A stretch of DNA of 8,914 nt from Candidatus Nanoarchaeia archaeon (lineage in GTDB: Archaea > Nanobdellota > Nanobdellia > SCGC-AAA011-G17 > VGLX01). This document shows positions 5,640 through 8,914 of this stretch, piece after piece; positions within the stretch are counted from its first letter, which is position 1; every line of letters starts with the position of its first letter. The stretch lies in assembly GCA_038884815.1 (NCBI GenBank), contig JAWABC010000009.1:1-8914 (forward strand), read 5' to 3'. The translations under genes and the position numbers were made by a program. The notes beneath the pieces were generated by a model. That model searched no databases. It saw only the letters and a program-made list of their open reading frames with translations, and was not told where the DNA came from.

Positions 5640-7563
5640 TCCTTACGGATTCTAAATTCTTGGGAGCAGAAGTCTCCACCTTATGAATCTTGTGCAAAGA
5701 ACTAGCTAAGTCAAGACACTTGGAACTCTCACCGTGATTAACTATGATCCTTTTAGGCTTGGGATCAAGATTATAGACGAACTGCATGAGTTGCTTCCTT
5801 GAGGAATGCCCTGAAAAACCAGAAATTGTGTGGACAGACATCTTAACCTGAATGTCCTCACTCTTCTCACCCTTAGGGAAAGAAATAACCTTTTCTCCAC
5901 TCTGAATCCTTCTCCCAAGAGAACCCTCCCCCTGATAACACGTCAAGATAAGAGCGTTATTAGGGTTGTCAGCCAAATGCTTAAAGTACTCAACAGAAGG
6001 ACCGCCCTGCATCATACCAGAAGTAGCCACAATTATGCAAGGACCCTTCTCCTCAATAACCTCCATCATCTCATTATAGCCAGCAACCTGCTTAAAAACG
6101 TCAGACAGGAAAGGGTTGTGGTCCTTGTGAAATATGGTCCTCCTAACCTTATTGTTAAAGAAGTCAGGGTAAGTTGTATGAATTGCCGTGACATCCCAAA
6201 CCATGCCCTGCACATAAATAGGAATCTTATCAAGAAGACCTTCACGCATACACCTTTCCAAAATAATCATAACTTCCTGCGAACGACCAACACCCAAAAC
6301 AGGCATCAGAACCTTGCCATTTTTACCAATAGTATCCTTAACAACGTCAATAAGGTACTTCTCACACTCCTTCCTAGAAGCCACGTTGTCATCCTTACCA
6401 CCGTAAGTAGCTTCTAATATAACAGTTTCGAGCCTCGGGTATTTGGTAACAGCTGCGGATAATAAGTTAGAGGTTTCATAATTCATGTCAGCAGTGTACA
6501 ACAAGTTATGCAAACCATTACCGATGTGCAAGTGAGCCATAGCAGCACCAAGAGCATGACCAGAATTAACAAAAGTAAGACGAACATCAGGAGTGACATC
6601 GGTAACCTCATCATAATCGAGACATATCGTATGCTTAACCATCTCCTTAACATCGGTGCTTGTGTATAAAGGCTTCTCACCTTCTTTCTGAGCAATACCG
6701 ATAAGGTCGAGCTGCAGCAAAGCAGCGATGTCACGAGTAGGAGCGGTGCAGTAAGTAGGGCCGTCAAAACCCATCTTGTACAAGTAAGGAACAACACCAC
6801 AATGGTCAAGGTGCGCGTGAGTTATAATAATGGCATCCAAGTCTTCAAGCTTGAACTCAGGAGCATCAAACATGGGAAACTGCGAAGAATCATTAGGAGC
6901 GGCAACGTTAATACCACAATCAAGCAATATTCTTGATTCAGGAGTCTGCAACAACAAACAACTCCTACCAACCTCACGGGCACCGCCAAGAAAAGTGACC
7001 CTTATCCACTCATTACGTCTTTCCTTAGTCCAACCACCATAAATACGCTTACCCACCTTGTTAAGGAACTTACGCCTAAAGTCATTATTCTCATACAAGA
7101 CGTACCTTATGTTCTCAATAAGCTTGGAACGGATTGCAGGAGTCCTCATTATATGAGGAACCCAAAGGGTTTTCTGCTTGATCTCCTTAAGAATTTCTCC
7201 CTGCTTACCAATTGCAAGACCAGGCTTCTCAGCCTCAATAATCACCCTAGACCTCTGAGGGTCAAAGATTATGTTGGCAAGACCAGCCTCCTTAGGGACA
7301 AGCTTCTCAATTATTGCCTTTGCGTCCTCCTGGTCCATCGTGATGGCAGGATCAGGCCTTAGCTCAACACGCTTCTTTATGGAATCAACTATCTTTACTA
7401 TGGTACCGTTATTGTTAAAAAAGAAATTCTTATCCTTCGTGTACAAAACAATGTTAGCACCTTCAAAACAAGAGTCCGATATTTTATCAGACTCAGGAAT
7501 CATCTTCAAAACTTCATTCAGTATGTCAGGCATTTTTTTTATCGCTCCTAAAACTCCAATCAT
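5632..7563 (-). CDS. fttA: Archaeal KH-domain beta-CASP ribonuclease aCPSF1 (transcription termination factor FttA)
   Basis: Track ORF of 643 aa. It has two N-terminal KH modules (GLAIGKQGEILKEIK with GXXG) and the metallo-beta-lactamase motif IITHAHLDHCG. Beta-CASP region and C-terminal VNHGE motif are present. An alternative start at Met11 (plus 7533-7531, MPDILNEVLK...) matches the usual N-terminus of the family better. Confidence 0.95.
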   Translation of the reverse strand: MIGVLGAIKKMPDILNEVLKMIPESDKISDSCFEGANIVLYTKDKNFFFNNNGTIVKIVDSIKKRVELRPDPAITMDQEDAKAIIEKLVPKEAGLANIIFDPQRSRVIIEAEKPGLAIGKQGEILKEIKQKTLWVPHIMRTPAIRSKLIENIRYVLYENNDFRRKFLNKVGKRIYGGWTKERRNEWIRVTFLGGAREVGRSCLLLQTPESRILLDCGINVAAPNDSSQFPMFDAPEFKLEDLDAIIITHAHLDHCGVVPYLYKMGFDGPTYCTAPTRDIAALLQLDLIGIAQKEGEKPLYTSTDVKEMVKHTICLDYDEVTDVTPDVRLTFVNSGHALGAAMAHLHIGNGLHNLLYTADMNYETSNLLSAAVTKYPRLETVILEATYGGKDDNVASRKECEKYLIDVVKDTIGKNGKVLMPVLGVGRSQEVMIILERCMREGLLDKIPIYVQGMVWDVTAIHTTYPDFFNNKVRRTIFHKDHNPFLSDVFKQVAGYNEMMEVIEEKGPCIIVATSGMMQGGPSVEYFKHLADNPNNALILTCYQGEGSLGRRIQSGEKVISFPKGEKSEDIQVKMSVHTISGFSGHSSRKQLMQFVYNLDPKPKRIIVNHGESSKCLDLASSLHKIHKVETSAPKNLESVRIK

Positions 7564-7588
7564 GAAAAATACTTACCCAAATTAAGAA

Positions 7589-8227
7589 TTACATTGTAAT
7601 TCTTGCATTAATCTCCTTTTCTAAAACGACTTTAGCACCGTCCTTAGTTATTGTAACAACATCAATGCCATTACCCGTAGCAATGTCACGCTGAATGGCT
7701 GTGTTGATAGCGGTAACGGCAAGCTTTATACCATCATTGACGGTCATATCCTTCTTGTAAAGAGACTCCAAAACCCCTGTGGCGAACTGCATGCCAGAGC
7801 CGTCAGCAGCATAGTCCTCGACCTCGGTGATAGAGCCGTCAACGCCAAGGTTGTAAAGGTGGAAACCTGAAAGGTCCCTACCGCCAAGTATAAAACCCAC
7901 TATGCCCGGAACCATGGACATACGCCTAATGTTCGAGTAAACCAAGCCACCAAGAAGATTAGCGGCTTGCTTAACCGTAGTCTTCTTAGCCCTCCTAATC
8001 TCGATCAGCTTAAGCTGAGCCTTGATTATCTTAGTAAGAAGCTGAATATCAGAAACAAGACCAGCAGTGGTAATGGCAATGTCATCATTAATTATTATAA
8101 CTTTTCTGCTCTTCTTGTCAGCAACCATATAGCCAGCGCTAGCCCTTCTGTCCGCTGCAAGAACTATACCGTCCTTACAAACAAGACCAACCGTAGTTGT
8201 ACCAGTCTTTAACAATTTTTTATCCAT
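7589..8227 (-). CDS. psmB: Proteasome beta subunit
   Basis: Track ORF of 212 aa. A short propeptide is followed by the catalytic Thr in LKTGTTTVGLVCKDGIVLAADRRAS. SD-like AGAGGGGT (plus 8233-8240) lies 5 nt upstream of ATG 8227. Confidence 0.95.
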   Translation of the reverse strand: MDKKLLKTGTTTVGLVCKDGIVLAADRRASAGYMVADKKSRKVIIINDDIAITTAGLVSDIQLLTKIIKAQLKLIEIRRAKKTTVKQAANLLGGLVYSNIRRMSMVPGIVGFILGGRDLSGFHLYNLGVDGSITEVEDYAADGSGMQFATGVLESLYKKDMTVNDGIKLAVTAINTAIQRDIATGNGIDVVTITKDGAKVVLEKEINARITM

Positions 8228-8296
8228 TTTTTACCCCTCTTGATTTTTATTCCTTAATCCCATCAGAATCCGTCTGTAAATAGTGGGCAAACCTTT

Positions 8297-8306
8297 ATTT
8301 ATAAAT
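8297..8306 (-). promoter_or_regulatory. Candidate TATA box for psmB-aCPSF1 (palindromic ATTTATAAAT)
   Basis: This is the only strong TATA-like element in the 124-bp spacer 8228-8351. It sits about 74 nt upstream of the psmB ATG. The 10-mer is its own reverse complement. Confidence 0.35.
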
Positions 8307-8337
8307 GTTTCGGTTCTGACTTCTGACGATTAAGGTT

Positions 8338-8342
8338 AAAAA
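8338..8342 (-). terminator. Candidate oligo-T termination signal after the HAMP-PAS gene
   Basis: TTTTT on the minus strand begins 10 nt after stop codon 8354-8352. Archaeal intrinsic termination uses oligo-T tracts. Confidence 0.3.
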
Positions 8343-8351
8343 CATGGTGCT

Positions 8352-8914
8352 TTAGGAAGCAAAGGATTTAACCTCCTTAACTATTACTATAAAGCCAATA
8401 AGCTCCTTGTTCATTATAAGCTTAGATGAAGTTATCTCACCAATAACTTTCTTACCATCTTTCCTAACAAACTCAACCCTGTAGGGAGGCACATCCTCAC
8501 CTTTAAGCCTTTTTCTAAAATTCTCGATGCAAATCTTTTTGGTTTGAGGGGTTAAAAGTTTAAGATCGTAAAACTTCTTGCCTTCAACCTCATCTTTTGT
8601 GTAACCAACCAAATCGTAAACGCTACGGTTAACATTTCTAATCGTACCATCAACACCCATAATCAAAACAACGTCCTTAGATGCCTCGAACAAGACATCA
8701 AACTTAAGTTTCATCTCATCCTCAGAACTCAGGGACTTACCCAAACCAAGTCCTTTCTTAGTCCCAACTTTAAGAACGGCAAGCTTCAAACTAACAACTA
8801 TCCTGCTTAAAGCATCATAAAGCTTTTGAATCTCATAGATACTACTATTACCCAATTTAACATCAAACTCCCCCTTCGTTATCCTAGTAATCTCATCAGT
8901 TATTCTAATAACAG
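8352..8914 (-). CDS. HAMP-PAS signalling protein without a C-terminal output domain; 5' end beyond the right window edge
   Basis: The track starts this ORF at TTG 8855, but the same frame stays open to 8914. The extension reads VIRITDEITRITKGEFDVKLGNSSIYEIQKLYDALSRI, a HAMP-like pattern (I..GxFxV......E...L). Downstream is a PAS fold (FDVLFEASKDVVLIMGVDGTIRNVNRSVYDLVGYTKDEVEGKKFYDL...YRVEFVRKDGKKVIGEITSSKL). The stop comes immediately after the PAS domain. Confidence 0.85.
   Translation of the reverse strand, partial: VIRITDEITRITKGEFDVKLGNSSIYEIQKLYDALSRIVVSLKLAVLKVGTKKGLGLGKSLSSEDEMKLKFDVLFEASKDVVLIMGVDGTIRNVNRSVYDLVGYTKDEVEGKKFYDLKLLTPQTKKICIENFRKRLKGEDVPPYRVEFVRKDGKKVIGEITSSKLIMNKELIGFIVIVKEVKSFAS

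Noticed and set aside
5348-5686. Track ORF of 112 aa (GTG start), extremely basic (K/R/N-rich), overlapping the htpX stop, the 95-aa ORF and the aCPSF1 3' end
   Set aside because: It is an alternative frame of an A-rich coding stretch. Its composition is not protein-like. It would overlap three better-supported genes and has no independent start signal.
5830-6417. 195-aa plus-strand ORF, plus others at 6830..7042, 7153..7362 and 7271..7585, inside the aCPSF1 locus
   Set aside because: These are antisense to a confidently identified, motif-rich gene. Long antisense ORFs are expected here because the coding strands are purine/A-rich and stop-poor on the complement.
7533-7563. The first 10 codons of the aCPSF1 track ORF (MIGVLGAIKK)
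   Set aside because: Not rejected outright. Family N-termini usually begin like MPDILNEVLK (Met11, plus 7533-7531), and AGGAG lies 11 nt upstream of that ATG. I kept the longer coordinates because I cannot discriminate the two starts without an alignment.
1-8914. Mobile elements, CRISPR arrays, defence islands or prophage content
   Set aside because: There are no transposase, integrase or Cas-like ORFs and no spaced short repeats. The only long exact repeats are intragenic HEAT units. The gene content is housekeeping or membrane maintenance apart from the rSAM/HEAT pair.

Overview
AT-rich archaeal chromosomal segment. The archaeal assignment rests on the hallmark pair of proteasome beta subunit and KH/beta-CASP ribonuclease aCPSF1/FttA; the lineage cannot be determined by eye. 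All calls are by-eye translation and motif recognition, and no searches or computations were run. Minus strand, from the right: an output-less HAMP-PAS sensor (5' end off the right edge), then psmB, then aCPSF1. Plus strand, centre: a tightly packed four-gene membrane module. It comprises a TM-anchored metallophosphoesterase, LemA, an HtpX-like M48 protease interrupted by an apparent +1 frameshift near its N-terminus, and a translationally coupled 95-aa orphan. Minus strand, left: a radical SAM/SPASM enzyme with an RRE-like N-terminal extension. It is followed, after an 83-nt compound hairpin and in the same reading frame, by an anchored HEAT-repeat protein. That gene is absent from the ORF track because it runs off the left edge. 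The most interesting unexplained material is: (i) the rSAM/SPASM + HEAT pair with no visible substrate gene; (ii) the 440-bp divergent intergenic region 2280-2720, with four copies of a GAGGTTTTC motif and mutually exclusive hairpins; (iii) the htpX frameshift; (iv) the orphan 95-aa protein. I recognised no mobile element, CRISPR array, rRNA or tRNA.
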